A DNA stretch of 64,000 nt, from assembly GCF_000328665.1 (NCBI RefSeq), contig NC_019977.1, positions 1,240,001-1,304,000 on the forward strand, given 5' to 3'. Every line of letters begins with the position of its first letter. Position 1 is the first letter of the stretch. The stretch is from Methanomethylovorans hollandica DSM 15978 (GTDB lineage: Archaea; Halobacteriota; Methanosarcinia; Methanosarcinales; Methanosarcinaceae). The notes beneath the pieces were generated by a model that was not told the DNA's origin, searched no databases, and saw only the letters and a program-made list of their open reading frames with translations. Position numbers and translations under genes: made by a program. Positions 49,042 to 59,301 of the stretch are shown here, piece by piece.

Positions 49042-51690
49042 TTATTCCTGCCATGGAGGCAATTCCACATGCACTGTGGTCCCCATGCCCTCTTCGCTCT
49101 CTATCCAGATATTTCCCCCATGTGCTTCCACTATGGTCCTGGAGATGTATAATCCCAATCCTGTACCTCCATATCTTCTGCTCGTCGAAGAATCGACCTG
49201 GTAGAATCTCTGGAACAGATGAGGGATATGATCCGCAGGTATGCCTATACCTGTATCCTTAACCTCTATATGAACCCCATTGGGGATTTTTCTTGCAGCA
49301 ACAATGACCAGACCTCCCTCGGAAGTGAACTTAAGAGCATTATCAATGAGATTTGTCAGCACATCCGTCAGCTTATCCTTATCTGCTCTGACCGGCGGGA
49401 TATCTTCCATCTCTGTGCGAAGGATAATACCCTTGTTCTTTGCCTGAAGAAGCAGATCATTGATACAATTATTGATAATGTCCGCAAGTTGAAGCTTTTC
49501 GAAATAGTAACTCATTCTTCCGACCTGCGCTCTGCTAAGGTAAAGCAGCGAGTCCACAAGACGCCGCAGCCTGTCTGAATTGCGAATAACAGTATCCATA
49601 GCTTTTTTTTGCTGGTCATTAATATCACCAAGTGTCCCGTCAAGAATAAGCTGGCTGTATCCCCTGATAGACGTGAGGGGGGTCTTGAACTCGTGGCTTA
49701 CATTGGAAAGGAACTCATCCTTCATGCGATCCAGGGATTTGAGTTCCTCGTTGACCTTTGAAAGCTCCTCATTTGCCTTAGCCAGATCTTCAGCATATTT
49801 TTTAAGGCTGTCCTCTGCTCTCTTGCGCTGGACCTGACGCCACATGCCAGCCATGAGCAGTGTCAACTGACGTACATCAGCCTCATCATAATCTGTTTTC
49901 TTATTGCCGACTCCTGCTACTGCTACTATCCTGTTGCCATCAAAGACAGGAATGTTCATGTGCCTCGTTATTTTCACATGTTTTGGGGGATATCCTTTCT
50001 TCCATGGATTAGGCGCATCATAATCATTAGTGATAACGGGCTTACGCTGCCTGATAGCTTCACCCCATAGTCCGATAGATACCACCGGATAATCTATATT
50101 AAGATCTGCCAGGTTACATTCTTCCATGGCGCTCTTGGACCAGGAGCTTTTTGACCATGAATACATAGAAAACACTGTCTGCTCCTCGTTAAGGAATGCC
50201 AGATATCCCAGTTTGCTCTGGGTTAGCCTTACTGCCTCCTCCTGAGTGAAATCCGCTATTTCCTTCAGAGAAGCATCGTTCATCTGACCTAGCTCCAGCA
50301 GAGCCTGCAATCTGAACTCATCGAGCTTCAAAGCCTCTTCGGCTTTTTTCCTTTCAGTGATGTCCTCAAATATCCCAATACCTCCAAGAAGCTTGCCATC
50401 GGGAGATATATTGGGACTAAAATCAGCCTTTATAGAGGTTAACTTACTGCTTATAACTGATCTGTATTCCCCTTCATAGTGTCCCAGTTGCCTTGAAAGT
50501 ACTGCCTGCACAGCCTCAGCCATCTTTTCATCTTCTATGGAGGTGACCATGTTGAAACCTATGAGCTTATCCCTTGCAGTACCCACGATCTTCAGAAACA
50601 TGTCGTTACAGTGCGTGATAGTTCCCTTATCATCAAAGTGAAATATGCCAAGAGGAGAGTTCTCGAATATCAGATGATATTTCTCCTCAGCTGCAAGCAA
50701 AGCCTCTTCTGACCTTTTCCTTTCTGTGATATCTTCTACTGTTCCCACCATACCTTCATATTTGCCGGAGCTATCAAAAAGAGGGTAGAGTACACCACTC
50801 TGATACAGCAGGCCTTCCTCCGGGTTCAAGAATGGCAAAAGATCATAAGTTATAGGTTTTCTGGTATTCTTTGCTGTGTGGAACATGCTTAGGAAATTCT
50901 CCCCTGCATCGATAGCCATATCCTTTACGTAATCGAGCAAATCATTTCCGAATACCTGTTCTGCGGAAAGTCCGGAAATAGCTTCCATCCCCGGATTAAA
51001 GAAGATGACCCTGTCATTTTTATCTATAACCCACAAGCCTGTCCATATTCTGTCAAGTATTCTGCTATAAAGGCCAAGTTTTTCAGAACACTGGTCATCT
51101 GTCTGATCCTTATTCTGATGCTTATCTTGGTGTGTGCTTATGAATGACCACCTTCTTTGCTTTTTCAACATTACTTCATCATACAGTTCCAGTACATCCA
51201 GTATCTGGGAACTTGAAAGTGCATCCAATGGAAAAGCACGTATCAGGATAGCACCATTATCCTTGATTATCTGGTGCACATCTTTTTCATGAGATAAAAA
51301 AACTGGCCACTCGTCCTTAGTTATTGCTACAGGGCACGACATAATCCTAAGCCCTGTATATCCTGCATTTATTGCTTTCTCACTGGCTTGTTTCAGTTCC
51401 TCCGATCCCGGAAGATCAATTGGTTCTGAAGCAGATCCTGAGATATTGCATGGTATTAGCTGCAGTTGCCCTTTCATCATGAGGTCATATACATCCATGC
51501 CAGCCTCTGTAAAGGCATCAATGGATTCTTCTGCCAGCCTTGACGGCAGATAAATGACACAGCTTTTATTATGATCTATACCAACTTGCACATAGTTTGT
51601 CACTATGTCAATTAACTCAAAAGTAGCATCATAGAGCAGAGCTATATGGCCCCGGGGTTCCAGCCGCAGCATTATGTCTGTATGTACCAT
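49042..51690 (-). CDS. MEDS-PAS-PAS-GAF histidine kinase
   Basis: N-terminal MEDS-like GHIALLY; two PAS; GAF with SAMEEC; H-box NVSHEFKTPL, NLIDNALKF, DTGIGI, GGTGLGL. Confidence 0.9.
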   Translation of the reverse strand: MVHTDIMLRLEPRGHIALLYDATFELIDIVTNYVQVGIDHNKSCVIYLPSRLAEESIDAFTEAGMDVYDLMMKGQLQLIPCNISGSASEPIDLPGSEELKQASEKAINAGYTGLRIMSCPVAITKDEWPVFLSHEKDVHQIIKDNGAILIRAFPLDALSSSQILDVLELYDEVMLKKQRRWSFISTHQDKHQNKDQTDDQCSEKLGLYSRILDRIWTGLWVIDKNDRVIFFNPGMEAISGLSAEQVFGNDLLDYVKDMAIDAGENFLSMFHTAKNTRKPITYDLLPFLNPEEGLLYQSGVLYPLFDSSGKYEGMVGTVEDITERKRSEEALLAAEEKYHLIFENSPLGIFHFDDKGTITHCNDMFLKIVGTARDKLIGFNMVTSIEDEKMAEAVQAVLSRQLGHYEGEYRSVISSKLTSIKADFSPNISPDGKLLGGIGIFEDITERKKAEEALKLDEFRLQALLELGQMNDASLKEIADFTQEEAVRLTQSKLGYLAFLNEEQTVFSMYSWSKSSWSKSAMEECNLADLNIDYPVVSIGLWGEAIRQRKPVITNDYDAPNPWKKGYPPKHVKITRHMNIPVFDGNRIVAVAGVGNKKTDYDEADVRQLTLLMAGMWRQVQRKRAEDSLKKYAEDLAKANEELSKVNEELKSLDRMKDEFLSNVSHEFKTPLTSIRGYSQLILDGTLGDINDQQKKAMDTVIRNSDRLRRLVDSLLYLSRAQVGRMSYYFEKLQLADIINNCINDLLLQAKNKGIILRTEMEDIPPVRADKDKLTDVLTNLIDNALKFTSEGGLVIVAARKIPNGVHIEVKDTGIGIPADHIPHLFQRFYQVDSSTSRRYGGTGLGLYISRTIVEAHGGNIWIESEEGMGTTVHVELPPWQE

Positions 51691-51761
51691 CTTCCTCTAC
51701 AATCCGTTCTCTTTATTAAATAATAAATATGTTGAATGTGATCGCTGATTCTGTGCATAGA

Positions 51762-52928
51762 TCAGCCAGCATAGTATATCCTGTATATCCGGCCCTCGTT
51801 ATCATCACTCACAAACAGAGAACCGTCATCACTGACTATTACATCAACAGGTCTGCCAATTACATTGTCTCCCTTAAGCCAGCCTGTAGCAAAATCATGA
51901 ACTGTCAGATCGTTCATGTTAATACGCACTACTTTATAACCTGTGGGTTCCTGCCTGTTCCATGAACCATGGAAACATACGAACATATTCCCGAAATATT
52001 CTGCAGGGAAAGAATTGCCATAATAGAAATTAAGTCCCAGAGGAGCCGAATGAGCCTGGAGGTCTATAAGGCTGGGCGTCGAATCCTCGCATGGGTTCCG
52101 GATGTATGTGTTCTTATCGAAATCAGTGTCGTGTATACTTTTGCCGTAGCATACAGGCCACCCATAATCTTTACCTTGTTCCACCAGATTTATCTCATCC
52201 GGCGGCAGATCATCACCCAGCCAATCCCTGCTATTCTCGGTAGCATATAACTTGCCTGTGACAGGATGAAAAGCCATGCCAACGGCATTTCTCATGCCTG
52301 AGGAGAACACTGTACAATTGTTACCGTTCAGATCACAGCGTGTTATGGCTGCTCTTCTTATGTCCGTTTCGTAGCATGCATTGCATGAAGAGCCCATGCT
52401 CATGTACAGACTGCCATTGTGAACTTTTACCGTTCTTGTAGCATGGCCGCCAGTGGGAATATTGTCTATCAGTACTTCAATGGTCTCCTTTTCCGCAATA
52501 AAGTTATTGTCAGCATCTTTTACTCTGATAAGCCTGTCCTCTTCAGCTATATAGAACCAGCCATCGGAATAGTCCAGGCCATGAGGGCGGTTCAAGCCAT
52601 CTATGAACACTTCCGCACTATCTGCCTTATGATCTTTGTTCAGATCAGGAAGTACTGCTATCAGACCTTTGTTTGGAATTGACACCATAAGCATGCCATC
52701 TTTAAGCAGCATCATGCGAGGACCAGGAGCAGGGCCCGGATAAGATATAAGACTATCACCGAGACCATCAGCAAAAACTTCTATTCTGAAACCGGGGGGC
52801 AGCTCGATATCAGCAGGATCATCATCGATCACAGAAGGCCGCACACCCAGCTGACTGTAACCAGCCCATAGTATAATAAGCGCAATAAGGCCAATAATTC
52901 CCAGATAGCTCCATTTCATACATAGCAC
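51762..52928 (-). CDS. PQQ-dependent sugar/sorbosone dehydrogenase family beta-propeller protein
   Basis: N-terminal anchor, PHGL, GSSCNAC, GMRNAVG, PPDEIN, YGWP, AHSAPLG, HGSWNR, GRPVDV. Confidence 0.88.
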   Translation of the reverse strand: MLCMKWSYLGIIGLIALIILWAGYSQLGVRPSVIDDDPADIELPPGFRIEVFADGLGDSLISYPGPAPGPRMMLLKDGMLMVSIPNKGLIAVLPDLNKDHKADSAEVFIDGLNRPHGLDYSDGWFYIAEEDRLIRVKDADNNFIAEKETIEVLIDNIPTGGHATRTVKVHNGSLYMSMGSSCNACYETDIRRAAITRCDLNGNNCTVFSSGMRNAVGMAFHPVTGKLYATENSRDWLGDDLPPDEINLVEQGKDYGWPVCYGKSIHDTDFDKNTYIRNPCEDSTPSLIDLQAHSAPLGLNFYYGNSFPAEYFGNMFVCFHGSWNRQEPTGYKVVRINMNDLTVHDFATGWLKGDNVIGRPVDVIVSDDGSLFVSDDNEGRIYRIYYAG

Positions 52929-53086
52929 CTACTCTTACCAAAGTACTACTTGAACTCGATCTACAATGTATACAATATAATTGTCTCACAGAGATATTGG
53001 GTTGTGCAGATAATAAAAAGTTTGCCCAGGATGATGCTTGAGAAGATAGAGAACATATATTTACTAAAAAACATTATTCTGGTCAG

Positions 53087-54718
53087 ATGTTCAAGAAAGC
53101 ACGCAGATATTTTACAATTGTCCGTGTATTCATCAAATATAACCTGTTTTTCCTGCTTTACAAGGATATAAAAAGTAATTATATATCTAACAGTAAATGC
53201 ACCTGTAGCCTTGATATTGAAAATCGTGGAGGTGCAGCAAAGCTTCGTGATGCTTTTGAGGAGCTGGGACCAAGTTTCATAAAACTCGGCCAGATGCTTA
53301 GCAGGCGGCCAGATCTTGTTCCAAGGACATATGTAATTGAACTGCAAAAGCTGCAGGACAAAGTGAAGCCACTTGATTTCAACCGGATGAGACCTTCTTT
53401 TGAAACCGGGTGCGTATGCAATGCTCTTGGCAAGACGGGGGAACATACGGGTGTTAATTATGGAGTTCAGGACATACTTGAGGTATTTGAAGAATTTGAC
53501 ACTCAACCCATTGCAAGCGCCTCCATCGGACAGGTGTACAAAGGTGTATTGGACGGGAAGAAAATAGCTGTGAAAATATCCCGTCCCGGCCTCATTGACA
53601 TCATAAACCTTGACCTTGCCATCATCGATGACATGAAGCCCCTGATAGTAAAGATCGCTGGCCTCGGAAATAATTTTGATGTGGATGCGTTCCTGAGGGA
53701 ATTCAGGGAAGTGCTTACCAGTGAACTGGATTACAGGATAGAAGCCCGGAATATGATCCGGTTCTATGACAATTTCAAAGACGATGAGAATGTTTTGATC
53801 CCCGGGGTATATACCGATTACAGCCGGGAAAGTATCCTTGTAATGGATTTTGTAGAAGGTGTGCAGGTCAAGGACCTGGAAGATGTGGATCAGGCTACCA
53901 GGACGCACTATGCTAAGCTAATTGCTGCCAGTTATCTGAAACAGGTATATATCGATGGATTCTATCATGCCGATCCGCATGGCGGAAATATTCTCGTAAA
54001 GGACGGAAAAATAGCCTTCATCGATTTTGGTGCAGTGGGTAAGCTGGACAACGAGCTTAAGCGTGATATGCTTAACCTGTTCTACGGAGTATATGCCGAA
54101 AATGTGGAGATAGCTTCGGATGCGTTCCTGAAGATAGGGAAGCTGCGTAAAGAAGAAGTGGATATCGGCAGGTTCAGACGGGACATGGACGATCTGATAG
54201 CTGACCAGAAATATGGACTTGGAGAAAGGCAGAGCGATAATTATGCAAAGATCGCTCTGAAATATAACATGTCCCTGCCAAGTGAGTTCTCCACTCTGGA
54301 AAAAGCATTGCTGCTTATAGAATCTGTTTGTTTGGACCTTGATCCGAAATTTAATCTGCTGGACGGAGCAAAACCTGTTGTCTCCGAGGCCATAAGGAAT
54401 CGGTATGCTCCGAAAAAGGCTTTTGAAGCCATTCAGCTTGAAGGGGACAGATATCTGGAGATCTTCAGGAACTTCCCTGCAGGTGTCAATGATGTCATTG
54501 AGACCATCCGGGGATACAGATTCGAAAAACTCCAGGAAAGCACATACAAGATGAAAAGATACCGGCTGCTTGACAGATTGACCAGGAACCTGTTCCTGGC
54601 AGTGGTAGCTCTGGTTTCGACCTACCTGATAATACTGGGAGAAACTAACACAATGCTCCTGGGAACGATAGGATTTTTGGCATCCCTTTTCTTAAGCGTG
54701 CTTATGTTCCAGAAATGA
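53087..54718 (+). CDS. ABC1/AarF/UbiB family atypical kinase
   Basis: LGPSFIKLGQMLS.RPD, ASASIGQVY, ELDYRIEA, HADPHGGN, IDFG. Confidence 0.93.
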   Translation: MFKKARRYFTIVRVFIKYNLFFLLYKDIKSNYISNSKCTCSLDIENRGGAAKLRDAFEELGPSFIKLGQMLSRRPDLVPRTYVIELQKLQDKVKPLDFNRMRPSFETGCVCNALGKTGEHTGVNYGVQDILEVFEEFDTQPIASASIGQVYKGVLDGKKIAVKISRPGLIDIINLDLAIIDDMKPLIVKIAGLGNNFDVDAFLREFREVLTSELDYRIEARNMIRFYDNFKDDENVLIPGVYTDYSRESILVMDFVEGVQVKDLEDVDQATRTHYAKLIAASYLKQVYIDGFYHADPHGGNILVKDGKIAFIDFGAVGKLDNELKRDMLNLFYGVYAENVEIASDAFLKIGKLRKEEVDIGRFRRDMDDLIADQKYGLGERQSDNYAKIALKYNMSLPSEFSTLEKALLLIESVCLDLDPKFNLLDGAKPVVSEAIRNRYAPKKAFEAIQLEGDRYLEIFRNFPAGVNDVIETIRGYRFEKLQESTYKMKRYRLLDRLTRNLFLAVVALVSTYLIILGETNTMLLGTIGFLASLFLSVLMFQK

Positions 54719-55223
54719 TGAACAAAGAAAGTGGGGCTAAGTGATCTTACTCTCACTTTAAACATTCCAATTTATCATATAGCTGATATCTCTTACAAAA
54801 TTGTAAGGGATCACTCTTTTATTCGATGTGATCGGAAGTTTTAAAGAACAATCTTTCCAAACCCTGATATCCATCCAGACTCCAACTCTTTTACCATTGA
54901 TATGCTATAGTTTTTGAAATTTTATAAGATCAACTGCTTTTTCAGCTGTGGCACCTATAATAAAAAAAATAGCCTTCTATGCTTACGCAGCCTATATTTA
55001 ACAGGGGTTGAAAATAAATATAATCATATATTGTTATAATTGTCAAAAGGAGTGCTTTGGAGTTATCACCAGTCTTAAATTAATCTGCAGATGTCCCTAT
55101 TTTGCTTCAAGCTAAATAGAGTAAAGACCATTATTGATGGGAAAGCACAGGGTGAATATCATAAAGTTTCAAAACCTGCCATTGAACCTTATTGATCATA
55201 CCTTGTTTCAGGAGAAAAAGATC

Positions 55224-55655
55224 ATGGACAGTTTTATGCAATGTGCCATTGAGGAGGCAAAGAAAGGACTTGCTGAGGGAGGTATTCCCATAGGGTCCGT
55301 ACTTGTAAGGAACGGGCAGATAGTTAGCCGGGGCCATAACATGAGGGTACAGGAAAACGATCCCTTGGCGCATGCTGAGATCGTCTGTATACGCAATTCA
55401 GGACGCCTTGGTAATTATAGTGATACTATCCTTTACTCAACACTGATGCCCTGTTATCTGTGTGCAGGTGCTGCTGTTCAGTTCGGTATAAAAAAAGTCA
55501 TAGTAGGAGAGTCCGAGAATTTCCCAGGGGGTCCTGAATTTATGAGGGAACACGGGATAGAGGTAACAGATCTAGGCATCTGCGAGTGCATAGAAATGAT
55601 GAAAAGATTCATCAAGGACAGACCGGACCTCTGGTATGAGGATATAGGAAAATGA
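55224..55655 (+). CDS. Nucleoside/cytosine deaminase (Zn, CDA fold)
   Basis: EGGIPIGSVL, HAE, STLMPCYLCAG, W.EDIG. Confidence 0.9.
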   Translation: MDSFMQCAIEEAKKGLAEGGIPIGSVLVRNGQIVSRGHNMRVQENDPLAHAEIVCIRNSGRLGNYSDTILYSTLMPCYLCAGAAVQFGIKKVIVGESENFPGGPEFMREHGIEVTDLGICECIEMMKRFIKDRPDLWYEDIGK

Positions 55656-55727
55656 ATATGTCACAACCTGTGTATATGTCTCGTGACTTTACATGCCTAA
55701 AAAATGAAAAATTTACTGCTTTTAAAT

Positions 55728-56534
55728 TTATTTCTCTATTTGTACAAGTTCCTCTGTTAGATCTTCACTGAGATCAGCATATAAGAAATCTGCAGTTGCT
55801 GGAAACTGGAGGTAGAAACCATCGGTAATATCTATTTCTATGTTCCCTGATCTGATCATATATTCCAGAACATGACCTCCTGTACTTCCATTACTGTTAA
55901 TGAAGTGAAGGTGATAGCCCGGAACGTTTACATTTCCAACATACTCCGAAAGCCAGAAACCCACTATTGTACCAGAGACATTTTCAAATTCAAATGTGGG
56001 CTGGTCCTTTGTAACTTCTGCAAGTCTGGGGTATGGTTTCTCCTGCGCAGGAACACTACGTGTCTTCATGTAACTGAAATCACCATCTATTCTTATGGCA
56101 TACATCAGGTTCCTGCTCGGCATTAAAGTTCCAATATATCTGTTAAGTTCCGTATTGTTCATTTCCCGGTCTGTAGTTCCAGATATATCGTTCTCGAATT
56201 TTGTCACAGTTGCAAACGGTGTTTTTACAGAGTCTTTTACCCTGTATGCCACACCATCAGCCTTCACCTGGTAGACAATACCATCCAGTAACACCATTTC
56301 CCCGTCAAGATCATTGAATGTCCCAAGGCCAAGATCACCATGTTGTTTTAATTCGGCTACTGTCAGATCTCCCTCATACATACCTGCCAGCAATGCATCG
56401 ATAGTTGATATCTGGTATATGACATCAGTACCATATTCTTTAATACCTGGTTCTTTTTCTGTGCCTATGCAGCCTGAAGAACAGACTGAGATAAGAAACA
56501 AAAAGCATATCATTTGAATTATTGATCTTCTCAT
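55728..56534 (-). CDS. budA: Acetolactate decarboxylase family protein with lipoprotein-like signal
   Basis: YQISTIDALLAG.YEG, HGDLGLGTFNDLDGEM, TRSVP, GYHLHF, GGHV; N-terminus MRR..hydrophobic..SGC. Confidence 0.88.
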   Translation of the reverse strand: MRRSIIQMICFLFLISVCSSGCIGTEKEPGIKEYGTDVIYQISTIDALLAGMYEGDLTVAELKQHGDLGLGTFNDLDGEMVLLDGIVYQVKADGVAYRVKDSVKTPFATVTKFENDISGTTDREMNNTELNRYIGTLMPSRNLMYAIRIDGDFSYMKTRSVPAQEKPYPRLAEVTKDQPTFEFENVSGTIVGFWLSEYVGNVNVPGYHLHFINSNGSTGGHVLEYMIRSGNIEIDITDGFYLQFPATADFLYADLSEDLTEELVQIEK

Positions 56535-56828
56535 AGGGATCATTAATAAGTAGTATATCAATGGATATATCTTTGACCAGATTTTTTGTGGTCCAATTAA
56601 CATATCGGTTTTTTACAGAGCCGGAAAAAGGATAATATAACAAAAATATCTGGTTTTGCTGTTTGTTCTGCAAAAACTTATATACCTACATTGCATGTTA
56701 ATCTTTGCTTTTAGAGTGTAACTGTTTTGAGAAGATAAGGCTTTTAATGGTATTACTTTGTAACTGCTATTTTCCGTATGCTTCCAGCAAGTGCACCTTT
56801 TAGCTTATTTGAAAAGGAAGTGAAATAG

Positions 56829-57035
56829 TTGTTCAACACAAACGAATCAACTTCTCCAGTTGATGCTGGAAAGGAATATGAAGTAACCATAGAGGATATT
56901 GCAAAAGAAGGCGATGGAATTGCCAGAGTAAGCGGTTTCGTAATCTTCGTTCCGGGCACATCCGTGGGAGATGAAGTAACCATAAAGGTCACTAAGGTCA
57001 TGCGCAAGTTCGCATTTGGTGAAGTTGTAGAGTAA
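56829..57035 (+). CDS. Single TRAM-domain RNA-binding protein
   Basis: PV..GKEYEVTIEDIAKEGDGIARVSGFVIFVPG; SD GGAAGTGA before TTG. Confidence 0.92.
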   Translation: MFNTNESTSPVDAGKEYEVTIEDIAKEGDGIARVSGFVIFVPGTSVGDEVTIKVTKVMRKFAFGEVVE

Positions 57036-57132
57036 TCTGACCCAGATGTTAAGGAAGATCAATTCTTTTGATTTTCCTTATATTTTTCTTTTTTTAAATA
57101 TCCAAAAAAAGCATATTGAAGGTGGCTTCGGA

Positions 57133-57471
57133 TTATTTAAGGTAGCCCTTACGTGAAAGCCAGTCTACCTGCGGTCTGGTATATCTCCAGATTACATCGG
57201 CTTTTGAATCCTGTACTTCCCAGGGGGTAGCAATGACCAGATCGCCTTCTCTTACCCACATACTTTTTTTCTTGGATCCGGGAATCCTGCCCATACGTAT
57301 AATACCATCCATGCACTGTAATCTCACGCGATTAGCACCAAGCAGACTGGATACCGTAGCAAATACTTCATTATCTCTTTGGCGAGGGGTACGGACTTTT
57401 GTTACCTGTTCAGGGACGGTACTTTTATTTTGTGCATTCTTCTTGCGATTATTGCTTCTATAATTTGCCAA
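57133..57471 (-). CDS. eif1a: Translation initiation factor aIF-1A
   Basis: [32 protein letters not shown]. Confidence 0.95.
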   Translation of the reverse strand: MANYRSNNRKKNAQNKSTVPEQVTKVRTPRQRDNEVFATVSSLLGANRVRLQCMDGIIRMGRIPGSKKKSMWVREGDLVIATPWEVQDSKADVIWRYTRPQVDWLSRKGYLK

Positions 57472-57873
57472 ACTGATTCCTCCATTTTATATTTTCATAT
57501 AGGGTAACAGATGCGCTTTATAATGTAAGAAGTTCCACAGGATTTTCAGAGATGCCACACACATCACCTATGATCACTTCTGAGATTAAGCGCCTTCAGA
57601 ACAAAACTATAAATTTCATTCAGAAAAAGACAATCTTCAATGATAATTATACAACTTTACTCTGATAATATATACATTAACATAACTGTCCTAAACTATA
57701 TAACTTGAACGCATAAGGGGACTGGCAACAGTTAAATAAACCCTCTTGCTTATGCGGCAGGAAGAACTACCATAAATTAAATTAAACCCGGTGTTTCAAG
57801 ACACAGTACTGATGATCAGGTGCAGGTCAAGAACATGAACATAGATATGAATATCAGCTAAGGAGAGATCATC

Positions 57874-59124
57874 ATTTTAATAAAGATACCTTATGACCAG
57901 GAACATATTGACCTGGATGTCACTATTCCTCACGAGATTATTACTCCGACCCATGTAAAGGTCGACAACGAGTCCGAAATAATAGTTCAGGCTCTGGAGG
58001 AACCTGTTGGGATGGAGTCTTTTGCCAGTTTTACAAGCAAGAGCGATAAGTTACTGGTCCTTGTGAACGATGCCACCCGCCCCACTCCCACATCAAAGGT
58101 GCTCAGAGCACTATATCCTCTTTTAAAAGATCATCCTGATGTAAAATTTCTGATCGCCACCGGAGCACACAGAGGACCTACAGATGATGAGCTGAGATAT
58201 ATATTTGGTGAACTGCTTGACGAATTCCGCAACATTATACATGTGCATGATGCACGTAAAGATGAAGATATGGTATATCTGGGAGAATCAAGTAACGGAA
58301 CCGAGATGTATCTGAATAGGCTTGTAACTGAAACCAAGAACATCCTCGTGATAGGAAGTGTGGAACCACATTACTTTGCAGGCTATACCGGAGGCCGAAA
58401 GTCCTTCCTTCCCGGGGTTGCTGCCTACAAAACCATTGAAATGAACCACATGCATGCTCTTTCAGACAAAGCTTCTCCACTTGCTCTGGAAGGAAATCCG
58501 GTAGCAGAGGATATGGAAGATGCCATGAAAGTATTGAAGGACCTGCGCATATTCTCCATACAGACTGTCCTGACAGCGGATCATGGACTATACGCCATGG
58601 TAGCAGGGGATCTCAAACTGTCTTTTGAGCTTGCAGTGAAAAAGGCAAATGAGGTTTTCTGTACTCCCTGCAGACAAAGAGGGAACATAGTCCTGACAGT
58701 AGCTCCTTATCCCATGGATATCGACCTGTACCAGTCCCAGAAAGCTCTGGAAAACGGAAAGCTGGCACTGGAACAAGGCGGGATCATAATACTTGTTTCA
58801 AAATGCAGGGATGGAGTCGGAGACGACACTTTCCTTAAACTGCTTTGCTGTGCCCAGACTCCAGAGGATGTTATGCAGAAGATAGCTGAAGGATACAAGC
58901 TTGGTTATCATAAAGCTGCCAAGATGGTACAAATAGGAATGCATGCCCAGATGTGGGCAGTCTCAGACCTTGATACCGATACCCTGAAAATGGCCAGACT
59001 TAAGCCTCACACAGACCTTCAAGAAACCTTTGATATGGCGATAGCTACCATCCGCGCTAAAGGCAAGGAACCATATGCGGTGATCCTGCCACAGGGCAGC
59101 CTGACAGTGCCTCTTGTCAAATGA
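57874..59124 (+). CDS. LarA family nickel-pincer racemase/epimerase
   Basis: VNDATRPTP, IATGAHR, HDA, PHYFAGYTGGRKS.LPG, DLYQ..KA; N-terminal homology (IKIPY..ALEEPVG) extends upstream of ATG 58012. Confidence 0.88.
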   Translation: MLIKIPYDQEHIDLDVTIPHEIITPTHVKVDNESEIIVQALEEPVGMESFASFTSKSDKLLVLVNDATRPTPTSKVLRALYPLLKDHPDVKFLIATGAHRGPTDDELRYIFGELLDEFRNIIHVHDARKDEDMVYLGESSNGTEMYLNRLVTETKNILVIGSVEPHYFAGYTGGRKSFLPGVAAYKTIEMNHMHALSDKASPLALEGNPVAEDMEDAMKVLKDLRIFSIQTVLTADHGLYAMVAGDLKLSFELAVKKANEVFCTPCRQRGNIVLTVAPYPMDIDLYQSQKALENGKLALEQGGIIILVSKCRDGVGDDTFLKLLCCAQTPEDVMQKIAEGYKLGYHKAAKMVQIGMHAQMWAVSDLDTDTLKMARLKPHTDLQETFDMAIATIRAKGKEPYAVILPQGSLTVPLVK

Positions 59125-59301
59125 CGGGACCTATGTGCTCTCTCTTTTGTCGGGAGCCATAACTTTTTCAAGGCTATTTTATATACATGGGTTCTGTTAT
59201 TCTAAGTAACTGAAGCAATGATACGGTTTTGCTGATCCCCTAATTTTATAGCAGTGGGTTTGCATTCAAGAAAGATTGCAGGATCAAAGTGATTAATTAA
59301 T

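Noticed and set aside
48356..49204. 282-aa plus-strand ORF
   Set aside because: Antisense to the CobW-type GTPase and kinase; no motifs.
52961..53908. 315-aa minus-strand ORF
   Set aside because: Antisense to the well-supported ABC1 kinase.
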